A stretch of DNA of 64,000 nucleotides from Anaeromyxobacter sp. (GTDB taxonomy: Bacteria; Myxococcota; Myxococcia; Myxococcales; Anaeromyxobacteraceae), in contig JASGJN010000026.1 of NCBI GenBank assembly GCA_049840735.1, positions 352,001 through 416,000 on the forward strand. Reading direction: 5' to 3'. The translations under genes were made by a program, and so were the position numbers. Of the stretch, positions 43,586 through 58,709 are shown in pieces (the stretch's first letter is position 1; each line of letters opens with the position of its first letter). Under the pieces are notes generated by a model, which ran no database searches, was not told the origin of the DNA, and was given only the letters and a program-made list of their open reading frames with translations.

Positions 43586-44497
43586 CTACCCCCGCTCGCC
43601 GGTCCGCTCCGCCAGCACCACCCCGGCCAGCACCAGCCCGCCGCCGAGCGCCAGCGACCAGGTGAAGGGCTCACCCAGCAGCAGCACGCCGGTGAGCACC
43701 GACAGGAGCGGGATGCCGTTGAGCAGGTTGTTGGCCAGGCTCACGCCCAGCACCGGCAGCGCCAGGTTCCAGAGCAGGTAGGCCGCCGCGGAGCAGAGCA
43801 GGCCCAGGTACGCCACCGCGCCCCAGGCCGCGGGCGTGGGCGCGTGCAGCGGGCGGAAGGCCGCCTCCAGCGCCGCCAGCGGCAGCAGCGTGAGCGCGCC
43901 GGTGCCCATGGTCGCGGCGGTGACGGTGAGCGGCGGGTAGCGCAGCATCAGGTCGCGCGCGAGCAGCGTGTAGCCCACCCACGAGGCCATGGCCCCCAGC
44001 ATGAGCGCGTCGCCCAGCGGGCTGGCCGCGCCGGTGCCGTCCGGCCGGACCACCACCGCCACGCCGGCCAGCGCCAGGATCATCCCCAGCACCGGCAGCG
44101 GCCGCGGCGCGCGCCGGCGCTGCACCGCCTCGGCCGCCGCGCTCACCAGCGGCACCGTGGCCACGATCAGCGCCGCGTGCGAGGCGGTGGTGAGCAGGAG
44201 GCCGTAGTTCTCGAAGGCGAAGTAGACGGTGACGCCCAGGAGCCCCAGCGCCCAGGCGCGGGGTCGGTCGGCGCGCCCCAGCGGCGGCGCGTTGCGGCGG
44301 GCCAGCGGCCAGAGCACCGCCGTGGCCAGCAGGAAGCGGAGGGCGGCCAGCGCCAGCGGCGGCAGCGCCTGCACCGTCACGCGCGTCACCGGGAAGGAGA
44401 CGCCCCAGAGCACCACCGGCACGAGCGCCATGAGCACGGCGCGGCCACGGCGCGGGCGGGGCTGGGCGGCGGGGCGGGCGGGCGCGTCGGCGGTCAT
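43586..44497 (-). CDS. DMT/EamA family transporter
   Basis: LWGVSF, PPLALAALRF, YLGLLCS..AY.LWN, LLLGEP. Confidence 0.9.
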   Translation of the reverse strand: MTADAPARPAAQPRPRRGRAVLMALVPVVLWGVSFPVTRVTVQALPPLALAALRFLLATAVLWPLARRNAPPLGRADRPRAWALGLLGVTVYFAFENYGLLLTTASHAALIVATVPLVSAAAEAVQRRRAPRPLPVLGMILALAGVAVVVRPDGTGAASPLGDALMLGAMASWVGYTLLARDLMLRYPPLTVTAATMGTGALTLLPLAALEAAFRPLHAPTPAAWGAVAYLGLLCSAAAYLLWNLALPVLGVSLANNLLNGIPLLSVLTGVLLLGEPFTWSLALGGGLVLAGVVLAERTGERG

Positions 44498-44568
44498 GGA
44501 GCGCGCACCATGCCGCCGGTGGCGCGAGCCCGCAAGGGGCAGCGCTCCCGGGGATGGGGACGCGCTGC

Positions 44569-44611
44569 TTGACTTCAATGCACAGCGCATATATGCATAG
44601 TGCAGCGAAGT
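44569..44611 (+). promoter_or_regulatory. Promoter (-35 TTGACT) overlapped by a 40-bp imperfect palindrome; candidate NrtR operator
   Basis: ACTTCAATGCAC-AGC-GCATATATGC-ATA-GTGCAGCGAAGT: arms match 10/12, perfect 10-bp core; AT-rich island. Confidence 0.65.
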
Positions 44612-44629
44612 TGCGAGAGCGAGAGCGCC

Positions 44630-45430
44630 ATGGCCACCCGGAACCCCCGCCGCACCCCCCGCACCCGCCCCGCCGAGGCCGGCCCGGTCGCCGACCCCGG
44701 CGAGGCGGCGTTCCTGGAGGCCTACGACCCGGGGCGCTACGAGCGCCCGTCGGTGGCGGTGGACGTGGTGCTGCTCACCGCCGAGGAGGACGCGCTGCGC
44801 ACGCTGCTGGTGCGGCGCGAGGGCCACCCGCACCAGGGGCGCTGGGCGCTGCCGGGCGTCTTCGTGGGGTTGCAGGAGCCGCTGGAGGCGGCGGCGGCGC
44901 GGGCCCTGCGGGAGAAGGCCGGACTCACCGGGCTCTTCCTCGAGCAGCTCTACACGTTCGGCGATCCCCGCCGCGACCCGCGCACCCGGGTCCTCAGCGT
45001 GGCCCACGTGGCGCTGGTGGACGGCGCCCGCTTCCGCGCCGCCGGCGCCGCCGCGGGCGAGCGCGGCCTGGCGGTGGGCGAGCTGGAGGTGCCCTGGGAG
45101 GGCGAGACCGGCGGGCCGGTGGAGGTCCGCGCCGCCGGGAAGCCGCTGCCGCTGGCCTTCGACCACGCCGAGATCCTGGGCATGGCCGTGAAGCGGCTGC
45201 GCGGCAAGCTCGACTACACGCCCATCGGCTTCCAGCTCCTGCCCGAGACCTTCACCCTGCTCGAGCTCCAGCGCGTCCACGAGACGGTGCTGGGACGGCC
45301 GGTGAACAAGGACTCCTTCCGGCGCCGCATGCTGGCCTCCGGCCAGCTGGAGGCGACCGGGGAGAGCCAGACCGGGGTCGGCCACCGGCCGGCCGAGCTG
45401 TACCGGTTCGCGCGCCGCTCGGCGCTGTAG
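44630..45430 (+). CDS. nrtR: NrtR-family regulator (Nudix domain + winged helix)
   Basis: PSVAVDVV, WALPG, degenerate Nudix box (E.LEAAAARALREKAGL), EQLYTFG...RDPR, LAFDH, FTL.ELQ...E......KDSFRRR, RPAELY. Confidence 0.9.
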   Translation: MATRNPRRTPRTRPAEAGPVADPGEAAFLEAYDPGRYERPSVAVDVVLLTAEEDALRTLLVRREGHPHQGRWALPGVFVGLQEPLEAAAARALREKAGLTGLFLEQLYTFGDPRRDPRTRVLSVAHVALVDGARFRAAGAAAGERGLAVGELEVPWEGETGGPVEVRAAGKPLPLAFDHAEILGMAVKRLRGKLDYTPIGFQLLPETFTLLELQRVHETVLGRPVNKDSFRRRMLASGQLEATGESQTGVGHRPAELYRFARRSAL

Positions 45431-45494
45431 GGCGCGGCCACCGCCGCGAGACCCGCACCAGCCGCGGCCCCACCGGGCCGCAGAAGGGACAGCC

Positions 45495-46614
45495 ATGGCC
45501 CAGATCACCCGCTTCGGCCCCGTGCGCCACCTCCGCTCCGACGCCAGCGCCCACGTCCTGCTCTTCCGCAACGGGCGGCTGCGGCGCGAGGGGCGCGGCC
45601 TCTCCTTCCTCTTCCAGGCCCACTCCGCCTCCATCGCCGAGGTGCCGGCGGACGACCGCGAGCTGCCGCTGGTGGTCCACGCCCGCACGGCCGATTTCCA
45701 GGACGTGACGGTGCAGGGCGTGCTCACCTACCGCGTGCGCGATCCCCGCACGCTGGCCGCGCGCGTGGACTTCACCATCGACCTCGGCTCGGGGCGGCCG
45801 CTGCGGCAGCCGCTGGAGCAGCTGGCGCTGATCTTCGGGCAGCGCGCCGAGCAGCACGCCGCGGCCTGGGTGGCCGGCGCCGACCTGCGCGACGTGCTGG
45901 CGCAGGGGCCGGAGGCGGTCCGCGGCGTGGTCGAGGCCGGGCTGGCCGGCGACGCCTCGCTCCAGGCCATGGGGCTGGAGACCGTCTCGGTCCGCGTCTC
46001 CAGCGTGAAGCCCGTGCCCGATCTGGAGAAGGCGCTGGCCGCGCCCACCCGCGAGTCGCTGCAGCAGGTCGCGGACCAGGCCGCCTTCGCGCGCCGGGCG
46101 CTGGCGGTGGAGAAGGAGCGGGCCATCCAGGAGAACGAGCTCAAGAACCAGAATCGAGCTGGCCCGCCGCAAGGAGGAGCTGATCAGGCAGCAGGGGCAG
46201 AACGCGCGGCGCACCGCCGAGGAGAAGGCGGAGGCGGAGCGGATCGCCGCCGAGGCCGGCGCCCGCCAGACCGGCATCGCCAGCCAGGCGGAGGCGGCGC
46301 GCGCCCGGGCCGAGGCCGACGCAGCGGCGCACCAGGTCCGGACCGCCGGCGACGCCTCGGCCCACCGGACGCGCGTGCAGGGCGAGGCGGACGCGGCGGC
46401 CCTGGCGCTCTCCGAGCGGATCCGCACGCAGGCCGAGCAGGCCCGCATGGCGGCGGTGAAGGACGTGCCCCCGGCGGTGCTGATGGCGCTGGCGGCCCAG
46501 GCCATCGCCGGGAAGCTGGAGAAGATCGAGCGCGTCACGCTGGGCCCGGACACGCTGGGGCCGGCGCTGGAGGGCCTGCTCGAGGCCGGCGCCAAGCGGC
46601 TGGCGGGGGGGTGA
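45495..46614 (+). CDS. SPFH/band-7 domain protein without TM anchor (apparent frameshift near 46152)
   Basis: RTADFQDVTVQGVLTYRV.DP, ADQAAFARRALAVEKERAIQENEL, coiled coil, ends ...GPDTLGPALEGLLEAGAKRLAGG. Confidence 0.85.
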
Positions 46615-46618
46615 GGCC

Positions 46619-47518
46619 ATGGGCGCTCCGGTCCCGCGGGTGGTGGTGGTGACCCGCGCCACCGAGCTGGAGGCGCTGGTCGCGCGCCACGGGACGCGGG
46701 CCCAGGCCCGCTTCTTCCTGGAGGCGCGCGGCCAGGCGCTGGCCGACCTGGAGCGCCGCCAGGAGGCGCAGGACGCGGCGCTCCAGCTGGTGTCGCAGGC
46801 CATCCCGTCCGAGTGGCGGCGCGTCCGGCTCGGGCGGGAGGACCTGGCCCGGTTCGTCTTCGAGCCGGACGACCTGCTGGTGGCGGTGGGGCAGGACGGG
46901 CTGGTGGCCAACGCGGCCAAGTACCTGGCCGGCCAGCCCGTGCTGGGCGTGAACCCGGATCCGGCCCGGTACGATGGTGTGCTGGTGCCGCTCGCGCCGG
47001 ACCGCGTCCGGAAGCTGCTGCCCGCGGCGGCCGCCGGCCGCGCGGAGGTGGAGGCGCGCACGCTGGCGGAGGTGCGGCTCGACGACGGCCAGCGGCTGCT
47101 GGCGCTGAACGAGGTGTTCCTGGGTCACCGCACCCACCAGTCGGCCCGCTACCGGCTGCAGCTGGGGCGGCAGGAGGAGCGCCAGTCGTCGTCGGGGGTG
47201 ATCGTGGCCACCGGCACCGGCGCCACCGGCTGGGCGCGGTCGATCAACGGCGAGCGGCGCCGTCCGCTCGACCTGCCGGGCGCGGCCGACGCCGCGCTGG
47301 CGCTGTTCGTGCGCGAGCCGTTCCCCAGCAAGGCCTCCGGGACCACGCTGGACGGGGCGCGGCTGGACGCGCCGGAGGGCGCGACGGTGGTGTCGGAGAT
47401 GAACGAGGGCGGCGTGATCTTCGCCGATGGCATCGAGGACGACCGGCTCGAGTTCGCCTGGGGCGTCACCGCGCGGGTGGGCGTGGCGGAGGAGCGGCTC
47501 AGGTTGGTGAAGGGGTGA
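46619..47518 (+). CDS. NAD kinase-like protein (divergent)
   Basis: VAVGQDG (cf. GGDG), VLGVN, ALNEV, SSGVIVATGTGATGW (cf. DGxxxxTPxGSTAY). Confidence 0.8.
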   Translation: MGAPVPRVVVVTRATELEALVARHGTRAQARFFLEARGQALADLERRQEAQDAALQLVSQAIPSEWRRVRLGREDLARFVFEPDDLLVAVGQDGLVANAAKYLAGQPVLGVNPDPARYDGVLVPLAPDRVRKLLPAAAAGRAEVEARTLAEVRLDDGQRLLALNEVFLGHRTHQSARYRLQLGRQEERQSSSGVIVATGTGATGWARSINGERRRPLDLPGAADAALALFVREPFPSKASGTTLDGARLDAPEGATVVSEMNEGGVIFADGIEDDRLEFAWGVTARVGVAEERLRLVKG

Positions 47519-48469
47519 ACCCGCACCCCTCCCAGAACCCCCGCAGCTCCTCCGGCAGCGGACACTCCAGCCGGAGCGGCTCCCGCGTCACCGGGTGCGG
47601 GAACTCCAGCCGCCACGCGTGCAGCGCGTGGCGCGGCAACCTGAGCGCCGCCAGGTCCGCCTCGGTCATCTCACGCCGCGTGAACCGGTCGAAGATCCCC
47701 TCGTCCGGCCCGTAGATCTTGTCCCCCACCATCATCAGCCCGGCGTGGTGCAGGTGCGCGCGGATTCTGGTGCTGCCGCCCCGTCCGCGGGGAGCAGGCG
47801 AGGAGCGCCACCGGGACCCCGTCCGCCGTGCGCCGCCGCCCCAGCACCTCGAAGTCCGTCACCGACGCCTGCCCCTCGGCGTGGACGTGCATCCGCACCC
47901 GCACCAGCGAGGCGCCGGTGAGCGCCAGCGGCGCGTCCACGGTGAAGCGGTCCTCCGCCGGCGTCCCCAGCGCCAGGGCCAGGTAGGTCTTCTGCACGCG
48001 CCCGGCGGCGAAGTCGCGCTTCAGGATTCTGGTCACCTCCGGCTCGGAGCCGCAGACCAGCAGGCCGGAGGTCTCGCGGTCGAGGCGGTGGGCCGGGTCC
48101 ACCTTCCGCTCCGGGAAGCGGGCCCGGGCCAGCGCGGTGAAGGTGTGGGCGAAGTAGCGTGCCGTGGGGTGCACCGGCAGCCCGGCCGGCTTGTCCACCA
48201 CCAGCAGCAGGCCGTCGTCGTGGACCACGCCGAAGGTCATGGGCGTGTCCGGCTCCGGGTCGGCCTCCTTCAGCAGGAAGAAGGTGAGCCCGGGCTCGAC
48301 CGCGGTGCCGGCCTCCAGCGCGCGCCCGTCCTCGCTCACCAGGCGGTTCGCGATCAGGTGCTGGATTCCGCTCCGCCGGGAGCCGGCGGATCTTCTCCTG
48401 CAGGTAGGCGTCGAGCCGCCACCCGGCGTAGTTGCGCTCGACCGTGAAGCGGATGCGGACCTCGGGCAC
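47499..48469 (-). CDS. RluA-family pseudouridine synthase (apparent frameshifts near 48366 and 47765)
   Basis: VDKPAGLPVHP, HRLDRETSG, KTYLAL, TGRQHQ(I)R, GDKIYG, LHAWRLEFPHP. Confidence 0.88.
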
Positions 48470-48519
48470 CGGGCAGGTATAGCACCCGCCGCCCCGCCCC
48501 GCCCTGCCGGCCGCCGGCC

Positions 48520-49627
48520 TCACGCCGCCCGGCGCGTGCCGGCCAGGAACGCCACGATGGCCTCGGCGGCGCGCTCCCCGGCGCGCCCGTCCCAGAGCGC
48601 CGGGATGCGCCCGCGCCGCCCGCCCTCGCCCAGCGCGCGCGCCGTGGCGGCGGCGATGCGCGCCGGGTCGGTCCCCACCACCTCGTTGGTGCCCTCGGTC
48701 ACCGTGATGGGGCGCTCGGTGTTCTCGCGCAGCGTCAGGCAGGGGATGCCCAGCGCCGTGGACTCCTCCTGCAGCCCGCCGGAGTCGGTCAGCACCAGCC
48801 GCGCGGCGCTGGTGAGCGAGAGGAACTCGCAGGTACCCCAGCGGCTCCACCAGCCGCAGCGCCGCGGCGGCGGCCGCGAGCCGCGGCTCGGCCAGCCGCG
48901 CCCGCGTGCGCGGGTGGACCGGGAAGACCACCGGCAGCCGCCGCGCCACCTCCGCCAGCGCCCCCAGCAGCCGCTCCAGCGTGGCCGGCTGGTCCACGTT
49001 GGAGGGCCGGTGGAGCGTGACCACGGCGTAGCCGCCCGGCGCGAGCCCCAGCCCCTCCGGCACCCGCAGCGCGCGGGCCCGGGGCAGGTGCTCGCGCAGC
49101 GTGTCGATCATGAGGTTCCCGACCCGCGCCACCCGCTCCGCCGGGATGCCCTCCCGCGCCAGGTGCGCGTCGGCGTCGGCGCTGGGCGTGAGCAGGAGGT
49201 CGGCCACGTGGTCCACCACCACCCGGTTCACCTCCTCCGGCATGGCCCGGTCGAAGCTGCGCAGCCCGGCCTCGAGGTGGGCCACCGGCACCCCCAGCTT
49301 GGTCGCCACCAGCGCGGCGGCCAGCGTGGAGTTGACGTCCCCCGGCACCACCACCAGCTCCGGCCGCCCGCCCTCGGCCAGCAGCGCCCGCTCGAAGGCC
49401 ACCATCACCTTTCCGGTCTGCTCGCCGTGCGAGCCGGAGCCGACGCCCAGGTCCAGGTCGGGGCGCGGCAGCCCCAGCGCCTCGAAGAAGACGCCGCTCA
49501 TCTGCCGGTCGAAGTGCTGGCCGGTGTGGACCAGCCGCTGGGCCACGCCGCGGCGGGACAGCGCCGCCATGAGCGGCGCGATCTTCATGAAGTTGGGGCG
49601 GGCGCCCACCACGTGGAGCACGGGCAT
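48520..49627 (-). CDS. wecB: UDP-N-acetylglucosamine 2-epimerase, non-hydrolysing (apparent frameshift near 48830)
   Basis: VGARPNFMK, HTGQH, HLEAGLRS, PEEVNR, TLHRPSNVD, TDSGGLQEE, TERP. Confidence 0.92.
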
Positions 49628-49775
49628 CCCGTGGAAGGTGCACCCGCGCCGCCCCGGCGCCGACGCCCGGTGAAGGGGCGCACGCCCGGCGGGGCGGACG
49701 CGGAGCCCCGGCGCGCCCGCGCGTGTCTTCGGGAAGGCCCTGGGCGGGCGGCGGCGGAGGCGCCACCCAAGGTGC

Positions 49776-54478
<4,703 letters not shown>

Positions 54479-54492
<14 letters not shown>

Positions 54493-55075
54493 GAACAGCT
54501 CCGTTCGCCCTGAGTCCTTCGGCTCCGCCGCCGCGAAGCGGCGGCTACGCTCAGGACAGGCGAAGTCGAAGGGCCGGGGCCTCTCCCCCCGCGCCCTGCT
54601 GGCCCGCGCCGCGAAGATCCGGCTGGTGCTCCTGGACGTGGACGGCGTCCTCACCGACGGCCGCATCTGGTACGGGCCGGAGGGCGAGGCGCTCAAGGCC
54701 TTCGACGTCCGCGACGGCCACGGCGTGGTGCTGCTGCGCGAACAGGTGGACTTCGGCGTCATCTCCGGCCGCCCGGGCAAGGCCACCCAGGCGCGCCTGG
54801 AGGAGCTGCGCTTCAAGCACCTCGTCTTCGGCCAGCGCGACAAGCTGGTGGGCTACGCCAGCCTGGCCCACCTCGGCGTTCCGGACGAGCAGGTCGCCTA
54901 CATGGGCGACGACGTCAACGACGTCCCGCTGCTCCTCCGCGTGGGGCTCGCTGCCGCCCCCGCCGATGCCCGGCCCGAGGCGCAGGCCGCGGCCCACCTG
55001 GTGACCCAGGCGGGCGGCGGTCGCGGCGCGGTGCGTGAGCTCTGCGACCTGATCCGGCGCGCCCGCGGCGGGTGA
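54479..55075 (+). CDS. kdsC: KDO8P phosphatase
   Basis: [45 protein letters not shown] start inferred. Confidence 0.9.
54501..54574. repeat. Nested REP-like element inside the predicted kdsC 5' end
   Basis: Outer CCGTTCGCCCTGAG...GAAGTCGAAGGGC enclosing a reverse copy TCCTTCGGCTCC-GCCGCCGCGAAGCGGCGGC-TACGCTCAGGA. Confidence 0.85.
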
Positions 55076-55319
55076 GCCCGGCCGGGCGGGGCGTGCCAGC
55101 TCCCCGTCCCAGCCATGAGCCGGAGCGCGCCCGGCGCTCGGCCGGCTGCCGGGCGGGCGCCGTCCGGTCCGGCGCCCCCGAGGTCCGAGGCCCGGGGACC
55201 AAGGCCTCCTCACGGCCCAAGCAAAGGCAATGCCGAAAACCGTTGAGCTTTCCAGCGGGTAGGTGTAGGGCCTCTAAAGCAAGGTCTGTGCCCTTCGCGT
55301 CGAGCCGGGAAAGAATGCT

Positions 55320-55871
55320 ATGTTTCAGCGGTTTTGGAGGGGCGCGGGGGCGCTCGTGATCACCCTTCTCCTGGCCGGAGCGGGGGTGGGTTGCAGCCCC
55401 GGCGCAAGCCAGGAGGCCGAGCAGGTGGTGCCAGAGCTCAAGCTCGAACGGGTACGCTTTCGCGTCTGGCGCGGCGCTGACCTGCGCCTGCGCGGCGCAG
55501 CCCAGGCCATGACCCTGCGGCGCGACTCCTCCGAGCTGGCCGCCACCAACCTGGCCGCCGAGCTGCCGCGCGGCGACGCGCCCATCCTCATCACCGCGCC
55601 CACCGGCACCGGCGTGATGGCCCAGCGGGACTTCGAGGTCCACGGTGGCGTGACCATCACCCAGGCCGCCAACGTGGCCCGCACCGCCGCCGCCCGCTTC
55701 CAGCCGGTCCCCGGCACCGGGCAGATGCAGGTGATCGGCACCGACCCGGTGATCGTCACCGGCCCGGCCTACCAGCTGGAGGGGACCGGCTTCGCGCTGG
55801 ACGCGGCCAGCGGCGACTTCCAGATGCAGGGGCCGGTGCAGCTCCACATCCGCGCCGCGGAGGCCCGGTGA
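55320..55871 (+). CDS. LptC-like LPS export protein
   Basis: N-terminal hydrophobic segment and beta-rich body; position directly before lptA and lptB. Confidence 0.6.
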   Translation: MFQRFWRGAGALVITLLLAGAGVGCSPGASQEAEQVVPELKLERVRFRVWRGADLRLRGAAQAMTLRRDSSELAATNLAAELPRGDAPILITAPTGTGVMAQRDFEVHGGVTITQAANVARTAAARFQPVPGTGQMQVIGTDPVIVTGPAYQLEGTGFALDAASGDFQMQGPVQLHIRAAEAR

Positions 55872-56401
55872 TCGCGCTCCTCGCCGCCGTGGCCCTGGCC
55901 GCCGGCCAGCCCGCCCCGCGCCCCGCCGCCGCCAAGCCGGCTGCGCCCCGGTCCGCCCTCTCCGCGACCCAGGCCGGTGACTGGGTCGTCCAGGGCAAGT
56001 CGCTCAGCTACATCTTCAAGCAGCGCCAGACGGTGATGACCGGCGAGCCGGTCAAGATGACCCGCACCGACGCCACGCTCACCTGCAAGAAGGTGACGCT
56101 GCAGAACGACGAGAAGGACCAGCTGCAGACCGCCACCTGCCTGGGCGACGTCCGGTTCACCCGCTCCACCAGCGTGGTCACCTGCGAGAAGGCTACCTAC
56201 GACCAGGTGAACTCGCGGCTCACCTGCGAGGGCAGCCCGGTGCTGCGCGACGGCGACCGCGTGGCCGAGGGCTCGCTGCTCACCTACGACCTGGTCCAGG
56301 ACGTGGCCACGCTGAAGGACGCGATCATCCTCGTGCCCGGCAGCTCCTCCGAGGACGCGCGCAAGGCGCTCGACGCGCGGCGGACGGGAGGCAGGAAGTG
56401 A
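55868..56401 (+). CDS. lptA: LptA/OstA-family LPS transport protein
   Basis: Signal peptide; beta-jellyroll-like repeats (GDVRF, ATYD, L.CEGSPVL..GD..AEG....YD); synteny. Confidence 0.7.
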   Translation: MIALLAAVALAAGQPAPRPAAAKPAAPRSALSATQAGDWVVQGKSLSYIFKQRQTVMTGEPVKMTRTDATLTCKKVTLQNDEKDQLQTATCLGDVRFTRSTSVVTCEKATYDQVNSRLTCEGSPVLRDGDRVAEGSLLTYDLVQDVATLKDAIILVPGSSSEDARKALDARRTGGRK

Positions 56402-57177
56402 CCGCCCACGCCGTCGGCGCCGACGACCTGCTCCGCGCCGAGGGGCTGGTCAAGAGCTACCGCGGGCGCCGGGTGGTGGACGGCGTCTCCTTCCACGTCT
56501 CCCGCGGCGAGGTGGTGGGGCTCCTGGGGCCCAACGGCGCCGGCAAGAGCACCTCCTTCAACATGACGGTGGGGCTGGTGCTGCCGGAGGCCGGGCGGGT
56601 CTCGCTCGGCGCGCACGACCTGACCAAGCTGCCCATGCACCGGCGCGCGCGGCTGGGCGTCGGCTACCTGCCGCAGGAGGCCTCCATCTTCCGCAAGCTG
56701 ACGGTGCGGAAGAACTTCCTGGGCGTGCTGGAGGCGCTGGGCGTCTCGCGGCGCGAGCGGAAGCGGCGCGCCGACGAGCTGCTGGCCGAGTACCGGCTGG
56801 AGAAGGTGGCCCACTCGCTGGGCGAGCAGCTCTCCGGCGGCGAGCGCCGCCGGGCCGAGGTTGCGCGCAGCCTGCTCTCGAACCCCAAGTTCATCCTCTT
56901 CGACGAGCCCTTCGCCGGCGTCGACCCCATCGCGGTGGGCGAGCTGCAGCGGCTGATCGGCGGGCTGCGCGACCGCGGCATCGGCGTGCTGATCACCGAC
57001 CACAACGTGCGCGAGGCGCTGGGCATCTGCAGCCGCGCGTACATCCTGGCCTCGGGCAACATCCTCGAGGCCGGCACGCCGGCCGAGATCGCCGCCAGCC
57101 CCCGCGCCCGCGCGGTCTACCTGGGCGAGCACTTCCGGCTCGACGAGCCGCAGCATGTCCCGACGGAGCAGCGATGA
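56398..57177 (+). CDS. lptB: LPS export ABC ATPase
   Basis: [48 protein letters not shown]. Confidence 0.96.
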   Translation: MTAHAVGADDLLRAEGLVKSYRGRRVVDGVSFHVSRGEVVGLLGPNGAGKSTSFNMTVGLVLPEAGRVSLGAHDLTKLPMHRRARLGVGYLPQEASIFRKLTVRKNFLGVLEALGVSRRERKRRADELLAEYRLEKVAHSLGEQLSGGERRRAEVARSLLSNPKFILFDEPFAGVDPIAVGELQRLIGGLRDRGIGVLITDHNVREALGICSRAYILASGNILEAGTPAEIAASPRARAVYLGEHFRLDEPQHVPTEQR

Positions 57178-58679
57178 GCCTCGAGCTGAAGCAGCACCTC
57201 AAGATGACGCAGCAGCTGGTGATGACGCCCCAGCTGCAGCAGGCCATCAAGCTCCTGCAGCTCTCGCGGATGGAGCTGGTCGAGCTGATCCGCACCGAGG
57301 TGACCGAGAACCCGCTGCTGGAGGGGGCGGACGAGCCGGACGAGGAGCCGGTCCAGAGCGGCGAGAGCCCGGCCGAGGTCGCGGACCACGACGCCAAGCC
57401 CGAGCACAAGGAGGCGGAGAAGGCCGAGGAGGTGAAGGGCGAGGAGGGCGCCAACGAGATCGACTGGGACCAGTACCTCGACCACTACCAGCTCCAGGGC
57501 CACACCGCGCCGTCCAACCGCGGGCTGGCCGACGAGGAGCTGCCCGGCTACGAGGCCACGCTCACCAAGAAGACCGATCTCGTCGACCACCTGGTCTGGC
57601 AGCTGCGCCTCTCCAACTTCACGCCCGAGGAGGAGCAGGTGGCCATGCTCATCATCGGGAACCTCGACGACGACGGCTACTTCAAGATGCCGCCGGTGGA
57701 GGGCGAGTCGGAGGAGTCCACCACCCGCGACCCGCTGGTCCGCGTGGCGTTCGAGTCCGGGCGCGGCGTCGAGTTCGCCGAGGGCGTGCTGCACAAGGTG
57801 CAGACGCTGGACCCCATGGGCGTGGCCGCGCGCGACCTGCGCGAGTGCCTGCTGCTGCAGGTCAGGCACATCAACGCCGACACGCCCGAGATCGTCGCCA
57901 TCATCGAGCGCCACCTCAAGCACCTCGAGTCCAAGAACTACGGCGCCATCGCCAAGGACCTGAAGCTGCCCATCGAGGAGGTGGTGAAGGCGGTCAAGGT
58001 CATCAGCCGGCTGGAGCCGAAGCCGGGCCGCGCCTTCACCGGGGAGGACCCGCAGTACATCACCCCCGACGTCTACGTCCACAAGATGGGCGACAAGTAC
58101 GTCACGGTGCTGAACGACGACGGCCTCTCCAAGCTGCGCATCAGCGGCATGTACCGGGCCGCGCTGAAGAACGGCGAGGCGGGGAAGGCCAAGGAGTACA
58201 TCCAGGAGAAGCTGCGCAGCGCGGTCTGGCTGATCCGCTCCATCCACCAGCGGCAGCGGACCATCTACAAGGTCACCGAGTCGATCGTGAAGTTCCAGCG
58301 CGACTTCCTGGACAAGGGCATCGCCCACCTCAAGCCGCTGATCCTGCGCGACGTGGCCGAGGACATCGGGATGCACGAGTCCACCGTCTCGCGCGTCACC
58401 ACCAACAAGTACGTCCACACGCCGCAGGGCATCTACGAGCTCAAGTTCTTCTTCAACTCCGCCATCAACAAGACCGGCGGCGACGAGATCGCCAGCGAGG
58501 CGGTGAAGAACCACATCAAGCAGATCGTCGCCGGCGAGGACCCCAAGCACCCGCACTCCGACCAGCGCATCGTCGAGCTGCTCAAGGAGCAGAAGATCGA
58601 GATCGCGCGGCGGACGGTGGCCAAGTACCGCGAGGTGCTGGGCATCCTGCCCAGCTCGAAGCGCAAGAAGTACTTCTAG
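57174..58679 (+). CDS. rpoN: RNA polymerase sigma-54 factor
   Basis: [23 protein letters not shown], RpoN box ARRTVAKYR. Confidence 0.98.
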   Translation: MSLELKQHLKMTQQLVMTPQLQQAIKLLQLSRMELVELIRTEVTENPLLEGADEPDEEPVQSGESPAEVADHDAKPEHKEAEKAEEVKGEEGANEIDWDQYLDHYQLQGHTAPSNRGLADEELPGYEATLTKKTDLVDHLVWQLRLSNFTPEEEQVAMLIIGNLDDDGYFKMPPVEGESEESTTRDPLVRVAFESGRGVEFAEGVLHKVQTLDPMGVAARDLRECLLLQVRHINADTPEIVAIIERHLKHLESKNYGAIAKDLKLPIEEVVKAVKVISRLEPKPGRAFTGEDPQYITPDVYVHKMGDKYVTVLNDDGLSKLRISGMYRAALKNGEAGKAKEYIQEKLRSAVWLIRSIHQRQRTIYKVTESIVKFQRDFLDKGIAHLKPLILRDVAEDIGMHESTVSRVTTNKYVHTPQGIYELKFFFNSAINKTGGDEIASEAVKNHIKQIVAGEDPKHPHSDQRIVELLKEQKIEIARRTVAKYREVLGILPSSKRKKYF

Positions 58680-58709
58680 GGCGGCCGGAGGCGTCGGCCC
58701 CTCCCGCGC

